Source: a virus (lineage: Duplodnaviria > Caudoviricetes). Taken from it: 64,000 nt of DNA. Location: positions 19,744 through 83,743 of IMG/VR virus record IMGVR_UViG_3300028048_000120; one strand, written 5' to 3'. The translations under genes were made by a program, and so were the position numbers. How positions within the stretch are numbered: the stretch's first letter is position 1; every line of letters begins with the position of its first letter. Below, one piece after another: positions 48,001 through 57,698 of the stretch. The notes beneath the pieces are model-generated. The model worked only from the letters and a program-made list of their open reading frames with translations, did not search any database and was not told the DNA's origin.

Positions 48001-48679
48001 CCTTTCCAACAAGACCTAAAGCTCCTACACCAGTTGATGCAGCTATAACTGATCCTATTACAAATCCTGCATTATCAATAAAGTTATCAGCAATGCTTGA
48101 AGTAGATAATAGATTTACAGGAGAGTACCAAGGACTATTTTGTTGTTCTGTACTTCTATAGTTTTTAAAATAATCCTCCATCCAATCATTTATATTCTCC
48201 ATGCCCTTAGATATTTCATTATCCCATATTTTAGACCATGGATTTTTTTGTCCCTCAGCAAGAGCAGTTCCTGTCTCTACTAATCCTAAAGGTAAACCTA
48301 CTACACTATCTAATATTGTTGTACCAGTTTTACCTATCATTTTAGCAACACCATTAGCTATATTATCATACCAAGGTTGGTTTTCATATCTAGATTGATT
48401 TATATCTTCTGAAGTCCAGTTGTTAGGAGTTAATTCTATATCATCATATCTAGACCTACCTAAATAATCTACTCCTGATTTCAGTATTGGAGATTTTTCT
48501 CTACCATAATAAATCTGAGAAGAAGATGGGGTAGCTTGATATACAGGTTGCATATTATCAAATATAGATTTACCTGATGCTATAGCTGCATTTTGTTTTT
48601 GCAAATCTCTATATGACTGAGGACCGCTTTTCTTTATATCTACTGGTTTGTTATTTTTAATAAATTTCATAATAATCAA
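42095..48679 (-). CDS. Giant Crassvirales cargo/ejection protein with N-terminal TM-like helices and C-terminal zincin
   Basis: 2194 aa; Gly/Ala-rich hydrophobic helices; HEAFH at 42569-42583. Confidence 0.75.
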   Translation of the reverse strand: MIIMKFIKNNKPVDIKKSGPQSYRDLQKQNAAIASGKSIFDNMQPVYQATPSSSQIYYGREKSPILKSGVDYLGRSRYDDIELTPNNWTSEDINQSRYENQPWYDNIANGVAKMIGKTGTTILDSVVGLPLGLVETGTALAEGQKNPWSKIWDNEISKGMENINDWMEDYFKNYRSTEQQNSPWYSPVNLLSTSSIADNFIDNAGFVIGSVIAASTGVGALGLVGKALNLTGKIGKVGKGAASALSALFSASGEAMTEAQSGVQERNEAELVRLGNSFLPEMDKLKQAQKAIDAEYQANKGKYLVKGNDGKSYDPAFLKYKRDSNEIQKQWDKINEKYEAGKQQIEESGLRMGNKIFGLNQVLLTAGNLIQFGKAMSKGFGNAMHEAEEAAKITKPWGVGAKLMDDGTYKIYNNKLMRGVNATKGFFTEGLEEMNQQAIQNYGGISENEVDVNDYWKAKLDPKAYRKTTKDFYTLGNEISKAFAGSYGDVNQWEQFVVGGITGLLGSYAPTKMFNQDKSKSKWNPLRYGEWSGGAINEVKEYKNTYNKYKESIDDLNTLKKSKDFHEHLSRLVAHTKLEEDKTKSAENNDKKAWKDADDKQTVHDIQTFARAGKIDDLRDIYNSIGGYLSDDDINSIINTTTRHTTAEQDKQRFSAEANSKIESIQIENYNLSNQLQNIFNTFNHLPPKERSAYYNSQRNTIDNINKKLEQNKESINTLKQSINDYEGKEYFNGPYVDNEGNTKTPDEVREELNNNSKSLNKKLDDYLKSFAAIREITGGTLTKDQEDNLAYLHYIGGEKLERSQKIANNARKDLPKTLLIKSDKSPEQLAKEYNTTDLAFSKDKDTKDGYVKVDVSKLSDAKFVDFFVNTICNGSNIIKEFLNSEEDEKTKKEEEGLSDKEKQQRKIDRAKKNGVFDKANEQLDANSESIYNSFIENYRNSNPRATGLDESIAVNNFMTSLKDMVSLYNEAGEYGATLRKYMAHPELIDKKKEEAIKTAAKEVQKEAVTDKVKGKDVHQVSEALQNGSMDDMDLDSLIEAANETDEDENEDEDTKKEKEETKKAAEVAKIAKEKHAKTAKIRRHALDAINELPSNKASEEDRRTLATMADSTILSAEVKASDAADINLASIDTSAVPFDVVEQTNKEKLEELQKLLSEVTAVAFTRYNKDEVGAEDIPEEKGLAEADKSAQKAAEATKTTGHDPVAANTVPFNFSDKEGSKEKDKKSTNKEKNTTEEKSTDKEDKTVDTDTSITSSSTGNTDNTNNPTTTVVNSDQAIRGEISTVNEQESSIEDNNWRTTTMRNPYGRTEGTYHDDMLEDKDSAAYKRSKAIYEYLKEQGAWDRVDAVDDNLKLHEGDKVHIMVKFLPEVYGENTPFSSIPDEQKPYALALIMLDDKGNVLGDLPLAQWERDYYDSKKSEGLKNLIAFQNEAFKLFENNYAKTGNKEVILDDFKKEGVDTLGVKRINGNPPTLSIKNMYNGLVPTSQEYNTVNEIIAGNGLQLGVITNEGVATGYNYRENKHITLIPGEQVRIPQAKTGRPVMLLNSPSEKQVAIPIVTDTFVADKDSLIYRVLHTALVEALKYNENADISKQTFFQVCDLLSGLLQVDRFKNNKERGLFKKSNGKNTLTVNLYKAGVDNPSKENGTDYSFTIESVRGVSLDTLADMILEGLAKKHIPIQISTHYINKNIPLVTVKNGKVETEEIEYNKIIGELAKAPLPKGTTQVINNWFTLEYNPNSSTERQKTSPKADGVQIITLNNTPYTLNFNSHTIRNKGDNPVEFKGHEDLYKFYARAFAERAEYKNKEVVYVVINGENYYYNKAEDKFVQRPGTETKVENTVTSDKEKEVNKEKSTEGNSTEKDKASNDKLEKKETKTSSTKLTIEDVEKEVSSFLEKRYKKIWDKIPNELKVKLANGESSVQLSSRETKTYVINSITKKEVNNILSNFVGVRKFTVKEVPNNVKPMTKQTKSLEREKERRSRHWLSKNLPSLSTKERTQFVGKLVRGNSDMWATYKAGVIEVLKKAPRGTVYHEAFHYVIDMLMTQEEKGNIFNIAGKEYGLTDKWEIEERLANDFRRYVIDSEDTGIVGTIKKWIRKLMDKINRYNRISDTTINQLFWEINNGHFANTSTAAEGEKENKEVVLREIRNVQNKRYQWDNLNNTIKENIKESGLFKEAYDNMSLEEKEQYVKCRG

Positions 48680-48682
48680 TTG

Positions 48683-50506
48683 TTAAAAATTAAATGGTTT
48701 GTTCTCTTCATTAGGTGAATCACTTGTAACTACATATTGAGAACCATACATATAAGCCTCTTCTATAGCTCTATCTCTAAACTGAGCTAATTTAGCTTTA
48801 TCAGCAGTAGTCATCTTCACAGGAGTATAAACAATCCTTCCTTTCTTATCTACTAAAATTCTATTGTTTACCATTTTAGGTCTTAGACCCTTTTGTAATG
48901 CCAAAGTATATAGATGCTCATTTAATAATGATCTGTGTACATTATCTTGAGCATCAGAATTTAAACCAGTAGGTAATTTAATTCTAACTGGATTCTTGCC
49001 AGGAATATTCAACATAGCAGTATCCCCGTCTTTACTATATCTAACATCAGAGATATAAGCTGCTTTTTCTCCTGAAGTATTTAATTCAGACAAGTCAATA
49101 TAATCACCTGTAGGTTTCCATCCATTTCTTGTAAATTGTACTTCCTGTACTCCCTTTTTACTTCCTCTATAAGCTGTCTTTACAGCCTCTAAGAAACGTT
49201 TACCATCATCACCCTTCAATTTTCTTATATATTCTGTAGACCTAACAGTATCAAATTCTCCTGCCTTCAGTCTACTCCTATATTTATTTAAATGAGTAGA
49301 AGGTGCTTCTATATTACCTGTCTTAGGATTATATGCTCCTATCTTAGTAAAAAACTCTCTGAACTCTGGATCTCCAGTAGCTTTCATTGGTACATTAGAA
49401 TCAGAAATTCTAGCTAATTTAGTACCATAATCATCTGTTTTTGTACTTGTACCTTTTATAGCTGAAACTCCAGCCTTAGTTAAAACTATTCCTTTAGGAG
49501 TATATTTAATATATCCCTTTTGTTCCCAGCTATTAAGATCTTTTAATTTATCTTCTGTGCCTGATATATCTTCAATAGCTCTCAAAGGTTCAGGATCTTT
49601 AGATATACCACTATTTGTAGTATCTCCTTGCTGTAAGTTTCCTAATTCTTCTGCTGCTTTCTTTTGATATTCATATTGAGCTTGTAATTGACCTTCATAG
49701 TTAGTAACAATCTGAGAAGTATCAGGACCTACACCATTCCACAATCCAGCTACTGCTGAAGTTACACTCTTATTCCATATAGCCTTAGCACGTTGATTAC
49801 TAATAGTACTCAATGCATCATTAGTAACACCATTAGTTTTTAATGCAGTATCTACTATATTCCTCAGCATAGGATACTTTTCCCAATTCTGAATCATTTC
49901 AGGAGTAATACCATGATTAACAATATAATCATAAGTAGTACTATCCAGACTTCTTAAATGAGCATCTCCTTCATTCATTATTTTACTCTGTAATCCCTTA
50001 GCCATATTAGCTACTGTTGCTGTAATATTAGCACCATTTATAACTCCATTATTAACAGTAGGATTTTTTATATAATCATCTACACTTGAAGTAGCAGCAT
50101 CACGAAGGAATATAAGTGAAGGATTTGACATAAGTGCTCTACGTTGTTCCTGATATTCCTGTTCCCTTTTATTATAAGCTGTTTGTATAGGAACTATTTC
50201 CTTACTATAAGCTGTTCTCAAATTGGACAGGGTATTTCTTACATCAAAATCTAAACCATTACTATTTAGTTTATCCCTTGCATTTAAAAGGGTTTGACTA
50301 AAGTCTTTATATTTCTTATAAGTATCTGTATCTTTGTCTCTTACATCACTGCCTAAAGCTTCAAGAATATCAGACTGACTACTTAGTTTATCATATTCAT
50401 TTAATATATTTTCATGATAAGCGTTTTCTCTATCTATAGGCATTGCCAGTTCTTGAAAACTGAAAGGTTGAAATGTAGAATTTGCAACTAATGAATAATT
50501 TGGCAT
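48683..50506 (-). CDS. Crassvirales cargo/ejection protein
   Basis: 607 aa, MPNYSLV...FQPFSFQEL N-terminus, coiled coil; position between the other cargo genes. Confidence 0.65.
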   Translation of the reverse strand: MPNYSLVANSTFQPFSFQELAMPIDRENAYHENILNEYDKLSSQSDILEALGSDVRDKDTDTYKKYKDFSQTLLNARDKLNSNGLDFDVRNTLSNLRTAYSKEIVPIQTAYNKREQEYQEQRRALMSNPSLIFLRDAATSSVDDYIKNPTVNNGVINGANITATVANMAKGLQSKIMNEGDAHLRSLDSTTYDYIVNHGITPEMIQNWEKYPMLRNIVDTALKTNGVTNDALSTISNQRAKAIWNKSVTSAVAGLWNGVGPDTSQIVTNYEGQLQAQYEYQKKAAEELGNLQQGDTTNSGISKDPEPLRAIEDISGTEDKLKDLNSWEQKGYIKYTPKGIVLTKAGVSAIKGTSTKTDDYGTKLARISDSNVPMKATGDPEFREFFTKIGAYNPKTGNIEAPSTHLNKYRSRLKAGEFDTVRSTEYIRKLKGDDGKRFLEAVKTAYRGSKKGVQEVQFTRNGWKPTGDYIDLSELNTSGEKAAYISDVRYSKDGDTAMLNIPGKNPVRIKLPTGLNSDAQDNVHRSLLNEHLYTLALQKGLRPKMVNNRILVDKKGRIVYTPVKMTTADKAKLAQFRDRAIEEAYMYGSQYVVTSDSPNEENKPFNF

Positions 50507-50520
50507 TTCTCTTCCTCCTA

Positions 50521-53511
50521 TTATTTTTTATACTTTATACCACCATTCTTAGTAAGTCCATATCTACTTGATTTCATGTTATTGAGTACATTGAACTCAA
50601 AGTTCTCTCTACCAATATTACCAAGTGAGTTAAGTAGATTAGAAATATTTGCACTTCTAGAAGCACCAACTCTTTGGTCAATAGAATCTCTTAAAGCAGC
50701 TGCTTGTGCTAATCCAGATAAACCAAATTGTGTAGCAGATTGTCTATATCTAGCATTAGCCATAGCAGCCTGTAATGCCATCTGAGAATTAATACTATTA
50801 GTTTCTCTATTAAAACCTGTAACTCTTTCTCTTTTAGCATCATTATACTCCAAAGCATTTCTATATAATTGACCATCTGCATTTTGATTATTATATCCAG
50901 TAGCTATCAAACCTGCCATTTTGGCACTTGCTGATAATCCACTATTTGCAATAGCTCTATCTGTAGCTCTTGCATTGGCATCCATTTTATTTTGCTCATA
51001 ATTAATATCCATAGGTCTATAAGTCAAATAATCACCTATAGGATTATAACCTATATTAGGAGCATAACTGGCTTTAGTAGCTGCTGCTTCCAATTTATTA
51101 GCATAAGTATAATCTGGTTTATTTGTTAAACCTAAGGTATCTGTAAGTGTCATAATACCTGCACCTAAAGCCGGAGCATATCTCAATCTTGTATCATATT
51201 GAGGAATACCTTCCTCTTTATCATTACTAATATTATGATTTATAACTGGAGCATTAACATGTAAATTAGGAATTGGACCTACTGGTATAGTTGGATTAGG
51301 TAATACACTATTAGGCAAACCTGTAACAGGATTTATACCTGCTTTATATTCATCAAAAGCATTAGCCATTGCCTTATGCCAATCTGAATACTTTTTATCT
51401 TGTCCCAAAGTTCTAGCTTGAGAAAGTGTAGGATTAAAATTATTTGATCCTTTATATCTACTCATATCTCCATAGACACCACTCATTGCTCTGTTTATCC
51501 AATCATTATCCAGTCTATTATTTATAAAGTCAAGATAATCATCATCATATTTGCCATTATGAAAATACTTAAAAGTATTTATTGGGTCATATCCATAAAG
51601 ATTAATCTTATGACCACCATCATAAAATTTATTACCTTCAGTATTATCCTCTTCTACACTCTTAGGAGCTTTTAACATTTTTACTCCCTCTTGTGCTGTA
51701 CTAAGTCTCAGCATACTTTCTTTTAAGCCTGCTTCACTTATAGGATCATTAGGTCTCTGCTCACTTTCTTCAGCTAATTTCTTACTTGCTTCAGCAAATG
51801 ATATACCTTTTTTACCTATACCTGAAAGTCCTAAATCTTTATACAATTTTTTAGGTACCTTCAACCTTCTAGAATATACATAGTTATTATAAACTGTTTC
51901 TCCCTCTTCTACTAAATTAGGTACTCCTTGGGCATCAATACCCATAGGAACACCACCAAGAGGATTATTTTCATGAGTTCCTCCAGCATTTATAGACATA
52001 AGTCCATTACTGAAATCACTTCCATGTGTCTGTATGATTCCTCCTAAAGCTTTCTTTCTACCCAAACTCATATATGCTTGTTTCTTTAATCCATATAAAA
52101 TATTATTTGCAGGTCTCTCATATCCTTTAGCTATATAATAATGAGCTTCTTCAGGAGTTTTAGCATGTAAGAAACCATTATAAGCATCTTTACCTATCCA
52201 ATGTTTTCCTCCATCATAGTGAGAAAGAGTATCAATAAGGAATTGTGTCTGACCTTTCAAACTCAAATCTGAAGGTCTTCTATTTCCATGCCACTGTAAT
52301 AATCCATAAGCAGCTCCTCTATCTCCAGTACTATTAGCATTAAATCCTGATTCTCTAGCAATATTTTGTAGGATTCCTTCTATTTGTACTGAATTAAATT
52401 TACCACTTTTTTGTAATGCTTTCTTAACATAATTAGCATTGTTCTTATTATATTTATGACTTGCTCCAGCAGATGAAGAATTATAAGAAAAATTAGGTAC
52501 AGTATTCTGACTCTGTTTTGAATTACCCCCCATATCCACTACAGATACTAGATTATAGTTAGGATTGTTTGTTTCTCCATACCCATAATTAGCAGGAGCA
52601 AATTCCTGCTCTTCAAGATTATAGTTATCTGAAGGCAGAGGTATTTGAGGTAAACTAAAATCACCCAAAGAAGAAGCTTGATTGAAATTATACATACTCT
52701 TAAATGGACTTACATAGGAAGTATTCATTGTAGGACTACCTGTATTTATTAGTCCTCCAAATGCTGCATAATTAGCTAAAGCATTATTATATTGATCTTC
52801 TGCTATATTATGAATATTATTCAATAATCCTCTCTCTGCCATTTGTTGGGCATCAATTCTTTGATTCAATAATTCAGCATTTTTTCTAGCAGCAGATCCC
52901 GATGAAAACCAACCTCCTTTATAAGCATTTTGTACATTAGCCTGTCCTTCAATACTCTTAATATCATCAAAATTAGAAGCATTTGAAGTGTAATTATTTA
53001 GAGCTTGAGTGCCAGCATTAGCTGCATCTAATTTAGCTTGGTCAACTTTAGTACCAAAAGCCCTATTGACAACACCTCCTACAAGTCCACTTCCTACTGA
53101 TACTATACCTCCAATCAATGGATTTACAGTACTTATAGCACTACCTATAGAACCTCCTATATTACTTATAGCACTACCAGCTTTACTTTGTAATCCTCCT
53201 CCAATAAGAGCACCACCAGCTTTTCCTACAGCAGATCCTAATTGTCCTATAACAGCTCCTCCTATAGGTGTTTTAGCCATAGCTCCTATACCCTGTGACA
53301 TAACCCCCTTACTAAAAGGATTATTCATCTTGGATATTCCTAAAACATTGGTTGAATTTTGATACTGTTTTACTGTATCTAAATCATCAGCATAATTCCA
53401 TGGATTATTATGCTTATCAGCTTCTGCTAAACCTCCCCAATCAAATTTGTTTGCTTTAACAAACATACCTTTATTACTTTCATTTACAGTGTATAATTTG
53501 TTAGCTTTCAT
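50521..53511 (-). CDS. Crassvirales cargo protein with Gly-rich membrane segments and a phage-tail-lysozyme domain
   Basis: GGTHENNPLGGVPMG...PNLVEEGETV motif; GILQNIARESG...YGLLQW...YERP lysozyme pattern. Confidence 0.75.
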   Translation of the reverse strand: MKANKLYTVNESNKGMFVKANKFDWGGLAEADKHNNPWNYADDLDTVKQYQNSTNVLGISKMNNPFSKGVMSQGIGAMAKTPIGGAVIGQLGSAVGKAGGALIGGGLQSKAGSAISNIGGSIGSAISTVNPLIGGIVSVGSGLVGGVVNRAFGTKVDQAKLDAANAGTQALNNYTSNASNFDDIKSIEGQANVQNAYKGGWFSSGSAARKNAELLNQRIDAQQMAERGLLNNIHNIAEDQYNNALANYAAFGGLINTGSPTMNTSYVSPFKSMYNFNQASSLGDFSLPQIPLPSDNYNLEEQEFAPANYGYGETNNPNYNLVSVVDMGGNSKQSQNTVPNFSYNSSSAGASHKYNKNNANYVKKALQKSGKFNSVQIEGILQNIARESGFNANSTGDRGAAYGLLQWHGNRRPSDLSLKGQTQFLIDTLSHYDGGKHWIGKDAYNGFLHAKTPEEAHYYIAKGYERPANNILYGLKKQAYMSLGRKKALGGIIQTHGSDFSNGLMSINAGGTHENNPLGGVPMGIDAQGVPNLVEEGETVYNNYVYSRRLKVPKKLYKDLGLSGIGKKGISFAEASKKLAEESEQRPNDPISEAGLKESMLRLSTAQEGVKMLKAPKSVEEDNTEGNKFYDGGHKINLYGYDPINTFKYFHNGKYDDDYLDFINNRLDNDWINRAMSGVYGDMSRYKGSNNFNPTLSQARTLGQDKKYSDWHKAMANAFDEYKAGINPVTGLPNSVLPNPTIPVGPIPNLHVNAPVINHNISNDKEEGIPQYDTRLRYAPALGAGIMTLTDTLGLTNKPDYTYANKLEAAATKASYAPNIGYNPIGDYLTYRPMDINYEQNKMDANARATDRAIANSGLSASAKMAGLIATGYNNQNADGQLYRNALEYNDAKRERVTGFNRETNSINSQMALQAAMANARYRQSATQFGLSGLAQAAALRDSIDQRVGASRSANISNLLNSLGNIGRENFEFNVLNNMKSSRYGLTKNGGIKYKK

Positions 53512-53527
53512 ATCTAATATTTTTGTA

Positions 53528-53535
53528 CAAATTTA
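53528..53535 (-). promoter_or_regulatory. -7 element TAAATTTG (leftward cargo operon)
   Basis: Plus-strand caaattta, 16 nt upstream of ATG 53511. Confidence 0.55.
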
Positions 53536-53598
53536 GTTTAATAAAATATAGATATAAAAAGATTTAATTTATTACTAACTTTAAGTTATAATATAACT

Positions 53599-53606
53599 TA
53601 CTTTTG
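53599..53606 (+). promoter_or_regulatory. -7 element TACTTTTG (rightward)
   Basis: Directly before the ORF-caller TTG start, implying a true start at ATG 53660. Confidence 0.55.
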
Positions 53607-53659
53607 GATTGGATAATAATAATATTCTTAACTTTGCCATAAAACTAATAGAGAATAAT

Positions 53660-56600
53660 ATGGTTTTAAGTTGTAGTTATATACCAAAAAGGAATGGTAA
53701 AGAACTAAAAGAATTTAGTAATTACAGAAAAGAACTTGGGTACAAGACAGCAGCTAAAGTCTTTACTCAAGCTATTTCTCCTACATTCCAAAAAGACTTT
53801 AAAAAGTACATTAAATTAGATGAACAAGATGTACCTACTTATGATAGTGTTATAAAGATACCTTATATCAAAAAAATAATAGGTAAAGAAGTATTAAAAG
53901 CTAAGGACCAAAATAAGTACAAATCAGTAGAAGATAATAGTGATAATTATAAACTACTTCTTAGAGAAGCTTATAATTATAATACAAATTCTGATAATGC
54001 TGACTCTTTTGTGGCTGTGGTAGTACCTTATAAAGATGGTATTAGAGTTGAAATAAGAGATAGAAATGATGAGAATACTAAATTATTTGAAGATCAGTAT
54101 TGTACTAATGCTTTAAATGAAAAATTAGTTACTCTATTAGGTATTCCAGGTATAACAGTTACTGAACTGGAAAATATGGAAAGAACCAATGGCTATGTAG
54201 ATTTCAGCAAAGCGAAGGATATAGCCAATGGTTTTAGAGGTCTTATCAATATAGCTAAAGGTATAAAAGGGCAACAGGCACTCCCTGAGGAAGTGGCTCA
54301 CATATTAGTAGGAGCTTTTAAGAATAGTCCAATAATCCAAAGATGCTTAGCACAATTGGCAAATAATGATAATCTATTACAAGAAGTATTAGGAGATAAA
54401 TATCAGGATTATTATGAATATTATTATACTGATCCCAATTATGATGAAGATGGCAATGAAGTACCTATAGAAGAAGCTATGGCTGAAGAAGCTTTAGGAC
54501 AGATTCTAAGGGATAAATTGTTGAGCACTTTTAAAGAGGAGAGTAATGATAATTCAACAATTCTAAATAGATTAGTCAATCGTTTAATAAATTGGATAAA
54601 AAATATATTTAAAGGAAAAGACCCTAATGATATTAATAAGATATTGAATGATGTTAATCTTAACATGGGTAAACTAGCCAAGGATTTTCTCAATCAGGAT
54701 AAAAAACTTACTGAGAAAAATATTATGAATAGTGCTAGACAAGCTAAATTCAATGAGCTTAGTGATGCTATAGATGATATAGTAGAACTACTCAAGGATG
54801 TTAAAGATGTAGAAAGAAAGAAATTTAAGGTATTTGAAGATGGGTTATCTGATGAAGCAAGAAGTAGAGTATTAAAGCTTGAAGCTTGTCTTTCTGATAA
54901 AGAAAAACTTACAGGACTTATGCAGTATGCTGCTTGGGCTGTAAAAGACATTAAAAATGCTACTGAAGCATTAGATGCTTTACAAGGTTCTTCTGAGGAT
55001 GTATTTAATGAGTACTTAAATATCAGAATGGTACTGGATTCATATAGTAATTTTATAAAAGAACTACATGATATACTAGACAATATAAATGATGAGGATG
55101 CTACAGTAATATTAGATGGAGAAGAGAGAAATATAAAGAAACTATGGATGGATTTAAATGATATAAATGCTACCTGCCTTCATAAATTCAGTGAGAAGGC
55201 ACTTACCAGTTTCTGTGACTATCTTGCTCCTATTTATAATAAAAATCCACTAAGAGATAAGAATGGTAAAATAAGAAATATTAGGGATGTTTTGACAGGA
55301 GAACAACCTGATATATCAGAGTTTGATAGATGGCTAACTACTATGGGTACTTCTTCAAATATAATACTACAAATGTATGATCATATAGTAAAAGGAGCAA
55401 GACATGAGGCTAGACAAAAAACCATTGTAGATATTAGTGATATTAGAAAACTCCAAGAAGATGGAGAAAAATTAGGTATAACTTCTTTTGAATGGGCTTA
55501 TGAAAAAGATAGTGAAGGGCATAAGACAGGCTATTATATATCTAAATATAATAGGGGACAGTATGAAAAAGATAAAAAGGAGTTCAAAGAAAAGTTACTT
55601 GAAAAGTATGGTAATAATCCTTCAGGAAATGCTGTAAAAGAAATGCTAAAAGAAAGGGATGAATGGCTTAAGACACATACTGTAGAAGATGCCCTTGGTA
55701 ATTATTATCCAAGTGATATGTATTTAAATTCTGATTATGCTAAGTTATCTAAAGATAAGAAAGAATATCTTGACAGGATATTGGAATATAAAAGAAGTAT
55801 AGAAGAGTTATTACCTGATAATAAAAGAGATGTCACAAGAGCAATACAAAGAAGAAGAACAAATACACAAAGAATTTTAGATTCTATTAAAAATCCTTCA
55901 CAAGCTTATGAAAGCACTGTAGATGATATACAATCTATATTCTCTCATGATGCTGATGACGATTTATTATATGGAGAACCTACACAGGAGTTGAGAGATT
56001 TTAGAGGACAAGAGTATATGACTCTACCAATTTTATATACAAATAAATTGAAGAATCCTGATACTCTTTCTACTGATTTAATTAGTGATCTTACAGCTTA
56101 TGCTTATATGGCTAATGTATATCATGCTATAAGTAAGGTACATTCTGCTCTTGAAATAGGTAGTAGACTTATACCAAAAGACTCATTTAAAAAATCTGAT
56201 AGTAAAGGTCTTACTGAAGAGGTTCTTAATACTATGGGGAAAGTTACTAAAAACCATATTTCTATAGGAGATGGTTATAACTTTGGAAAAAAACTTAGGG
56301 ATTTTATGGAATGTCAGGTATATGGTAGATATTATAAAAAGGATGATATATTGGGACAGAATGCACAAAAGACTATAGGATTTTTCCAAAAGCTATCTTC
56401 TTTAGCTTATATAGGCTGTAACTATTTAGGTGGTATAGCCAATGTTGCTACAGCTGTAGGTATGCAAAATATTGAAGCTGCTGCTGGTGAATTTTTTGGT
56501 CCAAAGGAATTAGCTAAAGCAGATGCATTATATGCTAAATTAATGCCCGCATTTATGTCTAATATTACTAATAGATATAAAGATGATAAACTTTCTTTAT

Positions 56601-57634
56601 TTGATAATCTTTTTAATGTAAAGCAGAACTTCAAGGATAAGGTACATAATGTAAAATCAAAGAATCTAGTAAGAAGATTCTTTGGACAAAATTGGGCTTT
56701 TGTACAACAAGGACTTGGAGACCATTGGATATATAATAGAACTGCTATAGCAATGGCACTTAGAGAGAAAGTAAAAGTAAAAGGTGTTGAAACTTCTTTA
56801 TGGGATGCCTTGGAAATAGTTACTGATAAAAATGGATATAATAAGATACAGCTTAAAAGTGGTACAAGAAATCTTGATGGTACTTTATTCAATACTGGAG
56901 ATTTTGAAGATAAAGTAGCCCATATTAATCATACTCTTATAGGTGTCTATAATGATGAAGATATGATTGCTGCACAAAGAGTTATTCTTGGCAGACTATT
57001 ACTACAAATGCGTCAATGGATTGTCCCACAAATGATGAGAAGATTTCAAAAGAGTAGAAGGGTAATAGCTATAGGCAGGGATGAAGAAGGCTATTATAGA
57101 ACTGTTGCTAGATTTGCTAAGAATATATGGAAATCAGGATTTAAAATTACTTCTGAATGGGATAATCTAAGTAAACCAGAAAAACAAAATGTAATAAGAG
57201 CTTTTGCTGAAATAGTTCAAGCTACTTTTGTTTGGGTATTAGCTACAGGTCTTGCATCAGGTGCAAAGGATCCTGACAAAATATGGGCAATGAAACTTGC
57301 TGAATACTTAGCTTATAGAGAGGCTCATGAATTAGGATTTCTCGCTGCTGGTCCTACAATGTTATCAGAAGGACTACAAACATTAAATGACCCATTTGTA
57401 GTAGCTTCAGCTACTTCTAAAGTAGCTCAGGTGATACTTACTACTGTAAACCCTTTGAACTGGAATATGGATGAAGACCATCTGATTCAAACAGGTAAAT
57501 TCAAAGGACATAGTTACATATATAAAAGATGGATGGAATTACCTCTTCCATTTTTATCACAATGGGATCAAATTGATAAATTTGCTGAAGACCTTGATGC
57601 TGCTGGATTGTATTATAAACGAGGATATAAATAA
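53660..57634 (+). CDS. Large Crassvirales cargo/ejection protein (ORF caller start 53609, TTG)
   Basis: About 1325 aa, helical; MVLSCSYIP N-terminus; LPEEVAH degenerate zincin-like motif; hydrophobic C-terminal helices. Confidence 0.7.
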   Translation: MVLSCSYIPKRNGKELKEFSNYRKELGYKTAAKVFTQAISPTFQKDFKKYIKLDEQDVPTYDSVIKIPYIKKIIGKEVLKAKDQNKYKSVEDNSDNYKLLLREAYNYNTNSDNADSFVAVVVPYKDGIRVEIRDRNDENTKLFEDQYCTNALNEKLVTLLGIPGITVTELENMERTNGYVDFSKAKDIANGFRGLINIAKGIKGQQALPEEVAHILVGAFKNSPIIQRCLAQLANNDNLLQEVLGDKYQDYYEYYYTDPNYDEDGNEVPIEEAMAEEALGQILRDKLLSTFKEESNDNSTILNRLVNRLINWIKNIFKGKDPNDINKILNDVNLNMGKLAKDFLNQDKKLTEKNIMNSARQAKFNELSDAIDDIVELLKDVKDVERKKFKVFEDGLSDEARSRVLKLEACLSDKEKLTGLMQYAAWAVKDIKNATEALDALQGSSEDVFNEYLNIRMVLDSYSNFIKELHDILDNINDEDATVILDGEERNIKKLWMDLNDINATCLHKFSEKALTSFCDYLAPIYNKNPLRDKNGKIRNIRDVLTGEQPDISEFDRWLTTMGTSSNIILQMYDHIVKGARHEARQKTIVDISDIRKLQEDGEKLGITSFEWAYEKDSEGHKTGYYISKYNRGQYEKDKKEFKEKLLEKYGNNPSGNAVKEMLKERDEWLKTHTVEDALGNYYPSDMYLNSDYAKLSKDKKEYLDRILEYKRSIEELLPDNKRDVTRAIQRRRTNTQRILDSIKNPSQAYESTVDDIQSIFSHDADDDLLYGEPTQELRDFRGQEYMTLPILYTNKLKNPDTLSTDLISDLTAYAYMANVYHAISKVHSALEIGSRLIPKDSFKKSDSKGLTEEVLNTMGKVTKNHISIGDGYNFGKKLRDFMECQVYGRYYKKDDILGQNAQKTIGFFQKLSSLAYIGCNYLGGIANVATAVGMQNIEAAAGEFFGPKELAKADALYAKLMPAFMSNITNRYKDDKLSLFDNLFNVKQNFKDKVHNVKSKNLVRRFFGQNWAFVQQGLGDHWIYNRTAIAMALREKVKVKGVETSLWDALEIVTDKNGYNKIQLKSGTRNLDGTLFNTGDFEDKVAHINHTLIGVYNDEDMIAAQRVILGRLLLQMRQWIVPQMMRRFQKSRRVIAIGRDEEGYYRTVARFAKNIWKSGFKITSEWDNLSKPEKQNVIRAFAEIVQATFVWVLATGLASGAKDPDKIWAMKLAEYLAYREAHELGFLAAGPTMLSEGLQTLNDPFVVASATSKVAQVILTTVNPLNWNMDEDHLIQTGKFKGHSYIYKRWMELPLPFLSQWDQIDKFAEDLDAAGLYYKRGYK

Positions 57635-57638
57635 TAAT

Positions 57639-57680
57639 AATAGAACCCTGAGAGAACTAAGCTCCCAGGGTTCTTTATTT
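57639..57680. terminator. Bidirectional terminator
   Basis: agaaccctg...cagggttct stem with A/T flanks, between convergent genes. Confidence 0.75.
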
Positions 57681-57698
57681 AAATGGTATGGAAAAGAA

